Shown here: positions 8,681 to 22,013 of the stretch, in pieces
How the letters are laid out: every line of letters starts with the position of its first letter
Position numbering within the stretch: the first letter of the stretch is position 1
NCBI GenBank assembly: GCA_964347835.1
Contig: CAYFZR010000051.1
Span: 1 to 27,512 of the forward strand
Length of the DNA stretch: 27,512 bases
Source: an uncultured archaeon
GTDB taxonomy: Archaea; CAYFZR01
Reading direction: 5' to 3'
Notes under the pieces: generated by a model
Database searches by the model: none
Seen by the model: the letters and a program-made list of their open reading frames with translations, nothing else
Told to the model about the DNA's origin: nothing
Translations under genes and position numbers: made by a program

Positions 8681-10879
8681 CTAACTTAATAATGATTCGG
8701 GAGTAGGTGGCTCTGGTTTAAGACCCTTTCGATTCCTTATTTCTCTGATTACATCATCTTGTAGATCTTCGGCAAGCTTTTCGAAGCCAGCGAACTCGGT
8801 TGACCATAGCACTCTACCTTCTGTAGCAGATCTTATATCTCCTGCGAATCCAAACATCTCTGAAACAGGCACCTTTGCTTTAAGCATTACCATATCCCTC
8901 TCCTGTTCGATATCTAGTATTTGACCTCTTCTACTTTGGACCTCTCTTGTCACAGATCCAAGGTAGTCTTGGGGCACGTGTATAAAGAGATATTGTTTTG
9001 GTTCCAGGATTATATCCTCTGCTCCTAGCATTCCCGCTAGCATGGCAGATCTCGCCGCTGGAATTATCTGAGCAGGACCTCTATGAATGGCATCTTCATG
9101 AAGGGTTGCGTCTACTAATTTAACCTTAACACCAACTACCCTTTCCCTTGATACGGGGCCTCCATCCATTGCCTCATGGAACGCTTCTGCCACCAACTCC
9201 ATGACCTCGTTCAAATGTTGAATTCCCTTAGTCATATCTAAGAGAATGTTATTTCGGTATATATCTACTACGCTTCTGGCCTCGTCTCTACCCATACCAA
9301 GCTCGACTAAGGTCCCTCTTAGTTCTTTTGGACTCTTTACTCTACCTGGCTTTATCTCCCCCCCTACAAGTGCGGTGTAAACCTCTTTTTCTAAAGGTTC
9401 GATTACAAAATAAAGTTTATTATGTTTATTTGGTGATTTGCCTTCTATTTCAGGAGAAATATCTTCTACAGTCTCCCTATATACAACAATAGGCTCTGAA
9501 ACCTCAAGTTCTATTTTTTTGTCTCTGGTAATCCTATAAGTGGTCACATCAAGGTGCAACTCACCCATCCCTGATATCAGGTGCTCCCCAGTCTCTTCGT
9601 TTATCTCGACCTTTATGGTTGGATCTTCTTTTTCTACTTGTCTAAGTACCTCTATAAGCTTTGGAAGGTCTTTCATATCTTTGGCCTCTACGGCTACTGT
9701 TACAACAGGCTCGGATATATGCACAATCTCTTCAAATCCTTCTATGCGATATTCAGGATCACATATGGTCTCGCCAGCTTTAACATCGCTAATTCCTACG
9801 ACAGCAGCTATATTTCCAGCAGGAACTTCTTCCACATTAACTCTCTCAGGTCCCATGTAAACTCCCACTTGTTGTATTCTGCTCTCTCTTATTGCGTTAA
9901 TCATATAGACCCCCTGTCCTTTTTTAATCGTGCCGCTAAATACCCTGCCAGTAGCAACCTCTCCCGCATGAGGATCTATGGTTATGCTTGTCACCATCAT
10001 TGCCAAGGGACTGCTAGGATCGCAAGTCTGCATCGCCTTGAAAATATCCGCGTTGTTGTCTCCAGGCCATATCTTTGGTATTCTAAGGGGCTGTGCTGTG
10101 ATTGGAGGAGGAAGATGTTTTATTATCATATCGAGCAAAACTTTATTCAGAGATGCTTTATTTTGCAATTCCTTTAGCTTGCCCTCCTTTACTTGCTCTA
10201 TTATCTCTTTAAAGGTAATGCCCTCCTTTTGCATATAAGGGGCACTTATAGCCCATTTTTGATATGCAGAACCAAAGGCTACGGTTCCGTCTTCTACTTT
10301 AACAATCCATTCGCTTTTTTTCTCTTCAGGAGCCATGCTTTTTATAAGGTTATTTGCCTCAGAAATTATCTCCAAAAATCTATTTTGCATTTGTTCGGGT
10401 GTTAATTTGAGTTCTTTTATGAGACGATCTACCTTATTTATAAAGAGTACTGGTTTAACCCTTTCTTTCAATGCCTGTCTCAATACCGTTTCTGTTTGAG
10501 GCATTACGCCTTCTACAGCACATATCACTATTACAACGCCATCCACTGCTCTCATAGCTCGAGTTACGTCTCCACCAAAGTCTACGTGACCTGGAGTATC
10601 TATTAGGTTTATGAGGTACTCTCCTCCGGTATATTCATGAACCATTGAAACGTTGGCAGCGTCTATTGTTATTCCTCTTGCCTGTTCTAGTTCATCAAAG
10701 TCTAAAAATAACTGGGTTCCTGCTAATTCTTCCGATATCATACCCGCTCCTGCCAACAGATTATCAGAGAGCGTCGTCTTTCCATGATCTATGTGCGCAA
10801 CTATCCCGATATTTCTAATGTGATCGGGTACGCGCATGAGACTCTTGATCTTATCAATCATCCTTCCACGTCTACTCAA
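8681..10879 (-). CDS. fusA: Translation elongation factor EF-2 (aEF2)
   Basis: 732 aa with [23 protein letters not shown], and the diphthamide-site block [11 protein letters not shown]. The TTG start at 10879 is preceded by GAGGGA. The N-terminus [15 protein letters not shown]... aligns with typical aEF2 N-termini. Confidence 0.98.
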   Translation of the reverse strand: MSRRGRMIDKIKSLMRVPDHIRNIGIVAHIDHGKTTLSDNLLAGAGMISEELAGTQLFLDFDELEQARGITIDAANVSMVHEYTGGEYLINLIDTPGHVDFGGDVTRAMRAVDGVVIVICAVEGVMPQTETVLRQALKERVKPVLFINKVDRLIKELKLTPEQMQNRFLEIISEANNLIKSMAPEEKKSEWIVKVEDGTVAFGSAYQKWAISAPYMQKEGITFKEIIEQVKEGKLKELQNKASLNKVLLDMIIKHLPPPITAQPLRIPKIWPGDNNADIFKAMQTCDPSSPLAMMVTSITIDPHAGEVATGRVFSGTIKKGQGVYMINAIRESRIQQVGVYMGPERVNVEEVPAGNIAAVVGISDVKAGETICDPEYRIEGFEEIVHISEPVVTVAVEAKDMKDLPKLIEVLRQVEKEDPTIKVEINEETGEHLISGMGELHLDVTTYRITRDKKIELEVSEPIVVYRETVEDISPEIEGKSPNKHNKLYFVIEPLEKEVYTALVGGEIKPGRVKSPKELRGTLVELGMGRDEARSVVDIYRNNILLDMTKGIQHLNEVMELVAEAFHEAMDGGPVSRERVVGVKVKLVDATLHEDAIHRGPAQIIPAARSAMLAGMLGAEDIILEPKQYLFIHVPQDYLGSVTREVQSRRGQILDIEQERDMVMLKAKVPVSEMFGFAGDIRSATEGRVLWSTEFAGFEKLAEDLQDDVIREIRNRKGLKPEPPTPESLLS

Positions 10880-10905
10880 TATTCATCCCTCAGAAAATTT
10901 TTTAA

Positions 10906-11463
10906 TTAGCGAGATGATTTGGCTATCCGTTCTATTTCATCTTTCTTCTGTATTGAGAAAAATCTCGCGTCGTATTCAGATGCCCCTATTATCTCATTAG
11001 CCAAGCATTCTGAAAAACTTTTTTTATTACCGAATGATGCTTTTTTCGCACCCAATGCTATTAGCATTAACGCAGTATCAACCCTTCTTTGGGGGGCAAC
11101 ATCTACTGCTTGTTGGTATACAATACCTCCATATTTGAGTTTTGTTGTCTCTTCTCTGGGACCGGCATTAGTTAATGCATCTACAAGAACTTGCATTGGA
11201 TTTTTCTTGGTATTCTTGTGTATGATTTCAAATGCCTCTCTTACCGCATTGTATGCAAGATGTTTTTTGCCTGAGTTTTCTTCTGATCTCATGATTTTGT
11301 TGATTAGTCTCTCGATAATCCATATATCTGCCTTCTGGAACCTTTTCTGGCTATGCTTGCCCCCCGTGTGAGGCACCATCTTCGTCTCCAAGTTCATATA
11401 TTTCTCTAAACCAGGATCTTTTATCTCTATCTCAGTTGCATTCCACTTTTTGAAAGCGAGCAT
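10906..11463 (-). CDS. rps7: 30S ribosomal protein S7 (uS7)
   Basis: 185 aa. Conserved position between rps12 and fusA, with uS7-like blocks (IERLINKIM, AYNAVREAFEII, QVLVDALTNAGPREE). Confidence 0.95.
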   Translation of the reverse strand: MLAFKKWNATEIEIKDPGLEKYMNLETKMVPHTGGKHSQKRFQKADIWIIERLINKIMRSEENSGKKHLAYNAVREAFEIIHKNTKKNPMQVLVDALTNAGPREETTKLKYGGIVYQQAVDVAPQRRVDTALMLIALGAKKASFGNKKSFSECLANEIIGASEYDARFFSIQKKDEIERIAKSSR

Positions 11464-11465
11464 AT

Positions 11466-11903
11466 TTATCTCCTCGGTTTCTCTTTCCTACCTCTGACTA
11501 GTTCTACGAGGGGAACATTATTTACCTTCACTACTTTCCATCTTACACCAGGAATATCTCCCTTGGCTCTCCCTCTAGCTCCCCCTATACCTTCTACTAT
11601 GACATCATCATGTTCGTCAATATAATTAATAGCGCCATCTCCGGGAGCAAAACAGGTAATTTGCCTTCCATTTTTTATCAATTGGACCCTCACACATTTT
11701 CTTATAGCCGAATTAGGTTGCTTTGCCTCAACGCCAACCTTTTCTATTACGATTCCTCTGCCTTGAGGAGAGCCTTCTAAGGGATCTGCCTTCTCATCTA
11801 GTAATAGCATCCTTCTCTTGTAATATATGTCCTTCCATCTGAATTTTTGCCTTCTAGACTTCAACTTTCGAGCTGCGTGCATGCCTCTACTCTTCCTTGC
11901 CAT
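11466..11903 (-). CDS. rps12: 30S ribosomal protein S12 (uS12)
   Basis: Contains [17 protein letters not shown] and [14 protein letters not shown]. The longest ORF starts at GTG 11912, but AAGGTG sits 6 nt upstream of ATG 11903, which is the more likely start. Confidence 0.96.
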   Translation of the reverse strand: MARKSRGMHAARKLKSRRQKFRWKDIYYKRRMLLLDEKADPLEGSPQGRGIVIEKVGVEAKQPNSAIRKCVRVQLIKNGRQITCFAPGDGAINYIDEHDDVIVEGIGGARGRAKGDIPGVRWKVVKVNNVPLVELVRGRKEKPRR

Positions 11904-11924
11904 ATCTTGCACCTTTTACACTTG

Positions 11925-12340
11925 CTAAGTTATTTGCACATCATCGATGTTGTGGTGCCGTCTAACCAACATCTTTGCCTTCTTTATATTTTTTCCTCCC
12001 TTCCCTATGACAAGTCCTTTATCCCTTTCGTAAACATCGATTAATGCAATAGTTTTACCTTCTTTTTTGTCCATTATATTAACATTTTTTATCTTAATTG
12101 GAGTAAAAAGGTTTTTAACAAATTCTACTGGATCTTCTGAGTGTTCTATGACTTCTACATTTTTGCCAATGGTTTTTTTAACTCTTGCTATATTAACCCC
12201 CCTCTTCCCTATGGCGAGACCTACGTCTCCTTTCTTAACAACAAATATCACGCGATCATTATCTTCATCTATCACACAATCTTTTGTTACGGCACCTGTC
12301 AAACTTTCAAAAAGAGCAATGTATTTGATGCCTTCTGTAG

Positions 12341-12359
<19 letters not shown>
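11925..12359 (-). CDS. nusA: Archaeal NusA-like protein (two KH domains)
   Basis: 144 aa with two GxxG KH motifs (IGKRGVNI and IGKGGKNI). Conserved position between rpl30e and rps12. Confidence 0.9.
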
Positions 12360-16480
<4,121 letters not shown>

Positions 16481-16489
16481 TTATCTCAC

Positions 16490-18364
16490 CTATACAACAT
16501 CGCCCAATACAAGCCTTGGAACCACGCAAAGTCCGCGTAACTCATCAAGAAGAAGTTTGAATGCGTAAGACATCTCCACGAGATATATGTCTCCGTGCTC
16601 TCCGTGTAATGGACAATAAACTCGTAAAGATTTAAAGTCCTGAACCGCTATGTTACCGCATTTTCCACAAACAAGAACAGAATATTTGTCTGATTCGTCT
16701 AACAATCTTTCTTTGAGGAGCATTGATGCACCATGGCCTATTAGACAGTCTCTTTCCATCTCCCCAAACCTTAGACCGCCTTCTCTAGCACGTCCCTCGG
16801 TTGGTTGCCTTGTAAGAACCTGTAAAGGCCCCCTAGATCGGGCATGAATCTTACTTGCTACAAGATGATGCAGTTTCTCATAGTACGCAATACCAACAAA
16901 TATCTCTGCCTCTATCATCTTGCCTGTAATACCGTCATAGAGTACTTCTCTTCCGTTGTGTTTGAAACCATGGGATTCTAGTGTTTTTCTTAGTTTTAAT
17001 TCGTCTTCTCCTTCAAAAGCAGTTCCATCTACTCTTCTTCCTTCTAAAGAGCCCGATTTACCGGCTATCATCTCTAAAACTTGGCCTACCGTCATTCTTG
17101 AAGGTATTGCATGAGGGTTTATTATTAGATCAGGCACTAGGCCATCTTCTGTGAAAGGCATGTCTTCATGAGACGCAAGGAGACCGATCACTCCTTTTTG
17201 TCCGTGTCTTGATGCGAACTTATCTCCTAATTCTGGTATACGTTCATCTCTAACTTTTAGTCTGACCAGCTTATTACCTTCCGAGGTCTCTGTTATCATT
17301 ACCCTATCAACAACACCTTTTTCACCGTGTCTAACCGTAACAGAGGTCTCTCGTCTCTTCTCTATTGGTAAGCCAAATTCATCAATATCTTCTAGGAACC
17401 TTGGAGGACTTGTCTTACCCATCAAGACTTCTCCGCTATTTACCTCCAATTCTACTTCTGCAATACCGTCCTCTCCGATACGGGTGTATTCGTCATCTGA
17501 TCTAAATCCTCTCACGTCTTCAGGAGGAACCTCAAACTTATCTTCCTGTCCTCCAGGATACCTTCTTTCTTCTGCTTCATATACACGGAAGAAAGTAGAT
17601 CTGCCCAACCCTCTTTGAACAGAGGATTTATTGAGTACTAGAGCGTCCTCCATATTGTATCCTTGATAAGACATTACTGCTACCACGAAGTTTTGCCCTT
17701 TTGGTCTTTGATCTAAGTGAACCAAATCTGAGAATTTTGTCTTTACAATGGGAAACTGTGGGTAATGAAGCAGATGTCCTCTAGTATCAAATCTGACAAG
17801 ATAATTACTAACATAAGTTCCTATGGCTTGTTTTGCCATTGCTGCACCCATGGTATTTCTAGGAGAAGAATTGTGTTCAGGATAAGGTATTAAACCGGCG
17901 CATATTCCAAGTATTGCGGAAGGAGCTATCTCAAGATGGGTATGTCCTCTCGAAAGCTCTTCTAGTGAGATTGAAATTAAGCAGTTTTCTTCTTCTTCGG
18001 CATCCATATATTCTATCACTCCTTCCTCTAACAAATCTTTCCAACCAATCTCTCCATTGATGAGTTTTTCGAGATGTTCTTCAGTTAATTCAGACACTCC
18101 GTCTTTCACCACGATAAGGGGGCGTCTAGCCCTTCCTGAGTCGACATTTATCTGGACTTCATTAGTTTCGGTGTAATAAGTGACGTTTAACTGATTGGAT
18201 AATAAAGCCTCTCTCCTTTTTTTCCTTATATTGGTTACAAACTCAATGGGATCAGAATGAAAACCAACTAATTTTCCGTTTAAATATACTTTCGCAGGCT
18301 TATATTTTGGAGCCTCTATAGCTTCGACTGTTTCGATATCAAAATCAGATATTTCGTGCGACAT
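16490..18364 (-). CDS. rpoB1: DNA-directed RNA polymerase subunit B' (C-terminal half of split B, Rpo2C)
   Basis: Contains [39 protein letters not shown], and a C-terminal Cys cluster CGKCG...CPLHG. The longest ORF starts at GTG 18373, abutting the rpoB'' stop. ATG 18364 lies behind AGGTGGTG and is the more likely start. Confidence 0.97.
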   Translation of the reverse strand: MSHEISDFDIETVEAIEAPKYKPAKVYLNGKLVGFHSDPIEFVTNIRKKRREALLSNQLNVTYYTETNEVQINVDSGRARRPLIVVKDGVSELTEEHLEKLINGEIGWKDLLEEGVIEYMDAEEEENCLISISLEELSRGHTHLEIAPSAILGICAGLIPYPEHNSSPRNTMGAAMAKQAIGTYVSNYLVRFDTRGHLLHYPQFPIVKTKFSDLVHLDQRPKGQNFVVAVMSYQGYNMEDALVLNKSSVQRGLGRSTFFRVYEAEERRYPGGQEDKFEVPPEDVRGFRSDDEYTRIGEDGIAEVELEVNSGEVLMGKTSPPRFLEDIDEFGLPIEKRRETSVTVRHGEKGVVDRVMITETSEGNKLVRLKVRDERIPELGDKFASRHGQKGVIGLLASHEDMPFTEDGLVPDLIINPHAIPSRMTVGQVLEMIAGKSGSLEGRRVDGTAFEGEDELKLRKTLESHGFKHNGREVLYDGITGKMIEAEIFVGIAYYEKLHHLVASKIHARSRGPLQVLTRQPTEGRAREGGLRFGEMERDCLIGHGASMLLKERLLDESDKYSVLVCGKCGNIAVQDFKSLRVYCPLHGEHGDIYLVEMSYAFKLLLDELRGLCVVPRLVLGDVV

Positions 18365-18373
18365 TTTCACCAC

Positions 18374-19855
18374 CTATTTTATGGGCTCCATGCCCAACTC
18401 AAATAACATATGCTCAACGGCTTTTTCATCCGATCCGGTAGAAACTTCGCTCATAATGGCAAAATTCTTAACCAGTCCACAGTTAGGACCTTCAGGAGTT
18501 TCATTTGGACATATCTTTCCCCAATGAGTGGGGTGAAGATCTCTTGCCTCGAAATGGGGCTGACTTCTGCTTAATGGCGAGACCACTCTCCTTAAATGAG
18601 ATAACGCTGAAGTAAAATTCGTTCTATCGAGTAACTGACTAACACCTGACCTGCCTCCGACCCAATTACCTGTAGCAAGGGCATGTTGCATCCTATCGGT
18701 AAGCACATCAGGTCTTACCGCAGACCTTATCGCCGGCTCTCTTCCTCTCATATTTATCCTTTCCAGTTGATATCGGACGTCCTTTACAAGAGTAAGAAAC
18801 GCCATTCTGAAAAGATCTTCCATTAGATCTCCTGTCAAACGTAAGCGCTTATTAGAATAGTGATCTTTATCGTCTGGAATCCTTTTATTTAAATGAAGTT
18901 CTATTGCCATTTCAGCCATCCTGCTAAGATAGAGAGCCTTTCTCTTTCTATCCTCCGGTGTAGTCCCAAGATGAGGTAGAAGATATTGGTCAACTACTTG
19001 TCCTGCTCTACGCAACCTATACTCCTGCATCTGTCCTGCTGCCACTCTTTTTCCGATATAGTCAATGCAATCTTCTTGGCTGTAAGGTTCTTTGAATTCT
19101 TCTAAGTTTGGAAGAAATGATAAGATTATATCGGGATCGTCAGATATTGCATCTACTATCTCCTGATCTCTTTCGATGCCTAAGGCTCGGAGAAGAACTA
19201 CCAACGGTACCTGTCCGGGAACCGCTGGAAAGGACGCATAAATGAGTCCATCTTTCCTTCGCTCAATTAAGTTTAGCACCCTGAGCCCTCTGTGTTTTGA
19301 AAAGACCTTAGCAACCTCTATCTTAGCTTTATATTTTTCCTCTTGTTCTACCAGTATTCTATTGGGCGCTAAATCTTCGATCGTTACAACTACTCTTTCT
19401 GATCCGTTAACGATAAAATATCCACCTGGGTCAAGGGGGTCTTCACTTGCCTTTATTACTTCTTTTTCATTTAAACCGTGCAAGTTACAAAGTTTAGATT
19501 TAATCATAATCGGCATCATGCCAATATTCAAGGTTTCTAGGTTTTCTATCTCGTCTAAAACTTCCTTGAATTCCATGCGAAGCGGCGCCGCATAAGTTAA
19601 ATTTCTTAATCTTGCCTCATTCGGAAACAATCTTGTGATAGAACCATCGGTCTCCTTTACAGACGGTCTATCTACAATTATCCTACCCAGACTTACATGG
19701 TAGTCTTCAATGTTGGTTTCGATTGTACCTACTTCATCCACAATCATTTGTAGCTTGTGTTCTAAAAAATTGTTAAAAGAATCCAATTGTTGCCTTACTA
19801 GGGGCAGTTCCTTAAAGAATACATCAGCTAAAATTGACATACTCAAATATCTCAA
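18374..19855 (-). CDS. rpoB2: DNA-directed RNA polymerase subunit B'' (N-terminal half of split B, Rpo2N)
   Basis: 493 aa with LVRQQLDSFNNF near the N-terminus and PEGPNCGLVKNFA near the C-terminus. The start is uncertain. TTG 19855 directly abuts the SD GGAGGT, so TTG 19846 or ATG 19840 are more plausible. Confidence 0.97.
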   Translation of the reverse strand: MRYLSMSILADVFFKELPLVRQQLDSFNNFLEHKLQMIVDEVGTIETNIEDYHVSLGRIIVDRPSVKETDGSITRLFPNEARLRNLTYAAPLRMEFKEVLDEIENLETLNIGMMPIMIKSKLCNLHGLNEKEVIKASEDPLDPGGYFIVNGSERVVVTIEDLAPNRILVEQEEKYKAKIEVAKVFSKHRGLRVLNLIERRKDGLIYASFPAVPGQVPLVVLLRALGIERDQEIVDAISDDPDIILSFLPNLEEFKEPYSQEDCIDYIGKRVAAGQMQEYRLRRAGQVVDQYLLPHLGTTPEDRKRKALYLSRMAEMAIELHLNKRIPDDKDHYSNKRLRLTGDLMEDLFRMAFLTLVKDVRYQLERINMRGREPAIRSAVRPDVLTDRMQHALATGNWVGGRSGVSQLLDRTNFTSALSHLRRVVSPLSRSQPHFEARDLHPTHWGKICPNETPEGPNCGLVKNFAIMSEVSTGSDEKAVEHMLFELGMEPIK

Positions 19856-19864
19856 ACCTCCATT

Positions 19865-20107
19865 TCATTCCTTTATAACAAGTCTGTAAACGGATATTTC
19901 TTTGGCGGTGGGACTTGGTCTTGTTATTTTTATCACATCGCCGGGATTTGCACCTATAGCTTTAACTGCGGGATCTTTACTCAACATCCTTGGAAGTTGT
20001 GAGAGTTCAATGCCAAATTGTTTTTTTATTTTCTCAACTTCTTCTGGCGATGTTATTTCGTGCTTGGGCACCAACTCATGGATTAGCACGTCTACTTTTT
20101 TTAGCAT
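19865..20107 (-). CDS. rpoH: DNA-directed RNA polymerase subunit H (Rpo5)
   Basis: Contains HELVPKHEI...LPRML..DP....GA.PGDVIKITR.S......YRLV, the typical RpoH pattern, and is first gene of the rpo operon. The ORF track starts at TTG 20113, which abuts GGAGG with zero spacing. ATG 20107 has 6-nt spacing and is preferred. Confidence 0.93.
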   Translation of the reverse strand: MLKKVDVLIHELVPKHEITSPEEVEKIKKQFGIELSQLPRMLSKDPAVKAIGANPGDVIKITRPSPTAKEISVYRLVIKE

Positions 20108-20154
20108 ATCCAACCTCCAAAAGAAATTTTAACTACCTTTTTTAGATCTCTCCA

Positions 20155-20232
20155 TGGTGGGCCCGACGGGATTTGAACCCGCGACACCCGGCTTAAAAGG
20201 CCGATGCTCTACCCAAACTGAGCTACGGGCCC
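20155..20232 (-). tRNA. tRNA-Lys (anticodon TTT), CCA encoded
   Basis: Minus-strand sequence is GGGCCCGTAGCTCAGTTTGGGTAGAGCATCGGCCTTTTAAGCCGGGTGTCGCGGGTTCAAATCCCGTCGGGCCCACCA. Acceptor stem is GGGCCCG/CGGGCCC. Anticodon stem is TCGGC/GCCGG with loop CTTTTAA. Confidence 0.93.
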
Positions 20233-20327
20233 CGATTTTGAAAGTGTTTTGGCCTTCTATGGGAAAATGAATGTTATAGTTTCTAACCTTACATCCCCCG
20301 TTTCCAAACTCTCCAATTCTATTCTAT

Positions 20328-20405
20328 TGGCGCCCTGGCCGGGATTTGAACCCGGGTCACGGGCTCGACAGGCCCGAATGATAGGCCGAACTACACTACC
20401 AGGGC
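20328..20405 (-). tRNA. tRNA-Asp (anticodon GTC), CCA encoded
   Basis: Minus-strand sequence is GCCCTGGTAGTGTAGTTCGGCCTATCATTCGGGCCTGTCGAGCCCGTGACCCGGGTTCAAATCCCGGCCAGGGCGCCA. Anticodon stem is CGGGC/GCCCG with loop CTGTCGA. It lies 4 nt downstream of the 5S gene. Confidence 0.93.
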
Positions 20406-20409
20406 TTTA

Positions 20410-20539
20410 GAGGGTTGGCAGCGCCATGGAGTTCCCGTAGGCTCGCGCACTACAGTACAGTCCATATCGCTGAGGGACTTTACTTCCGGGATCGGGACGG
20501 GACCGGGTGTATCCCCCTCGCTATGGCCGCCATACCCTC
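20410..20539 (-). rRNA. rrf: 5S ribosomal RNA (ends approximate)
   Basis: Minus-strand sequence is GAGGGTATGGCGGCCATAGCGAGGGGGATACACCCGGTCCCGTCCCGATCCCGGAAGTAAAGTCCCTCAGCGATATGGACTGTACTGTAGTGCGCGAGCCTACGGGAACTCCATGGCGCTGCCAACCCTC. Helix I pairs GAGGGT(A)TGGCGG with CTGCCAACCCTC. The conserved 5S blocks GGCGGCCATAGCG and CCCG-N-CCCGA-N-CCGGAAGT-AAG are present. Confidence 0.9.
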
Positions 20540-20582
20540 GGATGTTTACTCTTAATATTTATATCTTGTGGAGTCAGATGCA

Positions 20583-20659
20583 TGGTCCCGTCGGCCGGAT
20601 TTGAACCGGCAACCTGAGGATCTACAGTCCCCCGCTCTGCCACGTTGAGCTACGACGGG
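20583..20659 (-). tRNA. tRNA-Tyr (anticodon GTA), CCA encoded
   Basis: Minus-strand sequence is CCCGTCGTAGCTCAACGTGGCAGAGCGGGGGACTGTAGATCCTCAGGTTGCCGGTTCAAATCCGGCCGACGGGACCA. Anticodon stem is GGGGA/TCCTC with loop CTGTAGA. Confidence 0.92.
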
Positions 20660-20832
20660 TTTGGGTGCATCACTACCAAACCCATACTTAAGTCTTATGC
20701 TTTTAGCGAAGTCATCGAATTACTTATCTCAAATTTTTTTTTCTCTATATATTGGGTAACTATAACCCTAAAAATTTTACTATCAAAACACTTATTTAGC
20801 CAATACTAAACTTTCTATTAGGAGGGATACTC

Positions 20833-21297
20833 TTGGAGGATGAAAAGAGGGTTATAGATATTCCTGAGAAGATGAGGAAAGATGCTAAATACTTCGAGGC
20901 TAGGGTAAAACCGAAGATTGCAAGACACCGCCTCGAAGCGGTAGGTGTAGAAATAAAGAGAGAAGATATAACGGCAGATTTCTGTCTCAACGTTTCTCCC
21001 GAACCAAGGGCCGGAATTTGTTACGTAGTTGCCTTGGAAGACGTGAGATTTTTGACGTGAGAGGCGAAACCTATCAAAATTGAGAAGATTGAAATACCGG
21101 CAAATACATTTTTAACTATCTCAGCCTACGGTAGACATCCTGTAGGTCATTTAATAGCGGTAGGAGAAGAATTGGTTCAGCCAATAGAAAAAGTAAGAAG
21201 CGCGGACTATGCATTATTTTTGGCAGGCGCAGACGGGGAGATAAAGGAAGGAGATATAATCGGAGTAGTAATGTTCTCAAATTTTAAGTTGGGATAA
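20833..21297 (+). CDS. Hypothetical protein reading frame interrupted by one in-frame TGA (21058-21060); recoding candidate, fresh pseudogene, or two coupled genes
   Basis: TTG start at 20833 is preceded by GGAGGG (20821-20826). There are 75 sense codons, then TGA, then 78 more sense codons in the same frame to TAA at 21295-21297. The downstream part has no ATG/GTG/TTG until TTG 21172, so it is absent from the ORF track. Composition is the same as in the neighbouring genes. No family recognised. Confidence 0.55.
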
Positions 21298-21312
21298 GAC
21301 AACTCAGAAAAA

Positions 21313-21325
21313 TTTTTTCTTTTTT
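21313..21325 (+). terminator. Oligo-T tract (T6-C-T6) after the 20833-21297 frame
   Basis: TTTTTTCTTTTTT at 21313-21325 lies 16 nt past the TAA, in a convergent intergenic gap. This is the archaeal oligo-T termination signal type. Confidence 0.4.
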
Positions 21326-21352
21326 ACGTTTCATTTCTCTTTGAAATAGAGA

Positions 21353-21880
21353 TTATTCTTTTTTTAAACCCATTGTAACATCTAGAAGGCCCTCCACTTC
21401 TTCCTCCGTCAGTTCTTTTGGAGGTTCGGTGGTGAGAATGCCGGTGCATAAATTTTTACCTACAATTACTGCTGATTTGTAATCTTCCTCACTTCCAGAA
21501 TGGATTACATTCCTGAGCACGGCTAAACGGACGCACATTACTGGCAATTTTTTGTTTTCCAAGTCAACGCATAACGGTCTGTAAAAGCAACTGTAGTGTT
21601 CTAACTTCATTTCTTTATCGTCTCCAGTTATATTGTCCTCTTTGCTCATGTATCCCTCCTTTTTACAATCTTCGATATAATTTTTAACTACTTCAAAGGG
21701 ACTACCTTTTTTTATCTCGATATTTGATTTCTTTTTTTGGTATGCTCGCCAATAATCTCCTGAATTTGAAAATATTTCCTTAATCATTTTTGGATTATCA
21801 ATTGTTGCCATTCCTACGCCGTATGCCCATGCAAGAGAGACATGTTTAAAGAGTTCCACAGAATCAATTTTTTTTGCCAC
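21353..21880 (-). CDS. Hypothetical Cys-containing protein (possibly V4R-like ligand-binding domain)
   Basis: 175 aa. GTG start at 21880 is preceded by GGGAGGGA with 5-nt spacing and an in-frame TAA directly upstream. The Cys pattern SC-x5-C-x12-C...C-x-G in the C-terminal half loosely resembles V4R (COG1719-type) proteins. The family call is weak. Confidence 0.5.
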   Translation of the reverse strand: MAKKIDSVELFKHVSLAWAYGVGMATIDNPKMIKEIFSNSGDYWRAYQKKKSNIEIKKGSPFEVVKNYIEDCKKEGYMSKEDNITGDDKEMKLEHYSCFYRPLCVDLENKKLPVMCVRLAVLRNVIHSGSEEDYKSAVIVGKNLCTGILTTEPPKELTEEEVEGLLDVTMGLKKE

Positions 21881-22013
21881 TTAAATCCCTCCCATTTTTT
21901 AAAAACAACTTAGTATCTCGAATTAGTAAAATCTTACTTATTAGTGTTTATATATATTTTGATAACATAGTTTTGGTAAAAAAATATAAAAAATTAGATG
22001 ACTAGGTAATGAC

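Noticed and set aside
9581-10177. A 198-aa plus-strand ORF and similar long antisense ORFs inside conserved genes. Examples are 12067-12531, 10919-11371, 7798-8133, 19242-19595, 9540-9860 and 3618-4049.
   Set aside because: All lie antisense to strongly conserved genes (fusA, nusA/rpl30e, rps7, tuf, rpoB''). Their translations are low-complexity and rich in F/Y/S/L, with no motifs. They are best explained as shadow ORFs arising from the codon bias of the sense gene.
20233-20327. The 95-nt spacer between tRNA-Asp and tRNA-Lys, and the other intergenic gaps, examined for C/D-box sRNAs or small ORFs.
   Set aside because: I found no RUGAUGA...CUGA box pair and no start-to-stop frame of meaningful length. 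Only a GAUGA core near 20712-20718 (minus strand) is present, and it has no D box.
21058-21060. Genome-wide reassignment of TGA to a sense codon, or straightforward selenocysteine, as the explanation for the in-frame TGA.
   Set aside because: TGA terminates several conserved genes at their expected lengths in this window (rpoA', rpoH, cofG, cofH, transporter). For Sec there is no nearby Cys partner and no GC-rich SECIS-like hairpin in the 3' UTR. Sec is kept only as a low-probability option in the finding.
21881-21895. A 4-codon mini-ORF, ATGGGAGGGATTTAA (minus strand), directly upstream of the 21880 GTG start.
   Set aside because: It coincides with the GGGAGGGA Shine-Dalgarno sequence of the downstream gene and is most simply a by-product of that motif.
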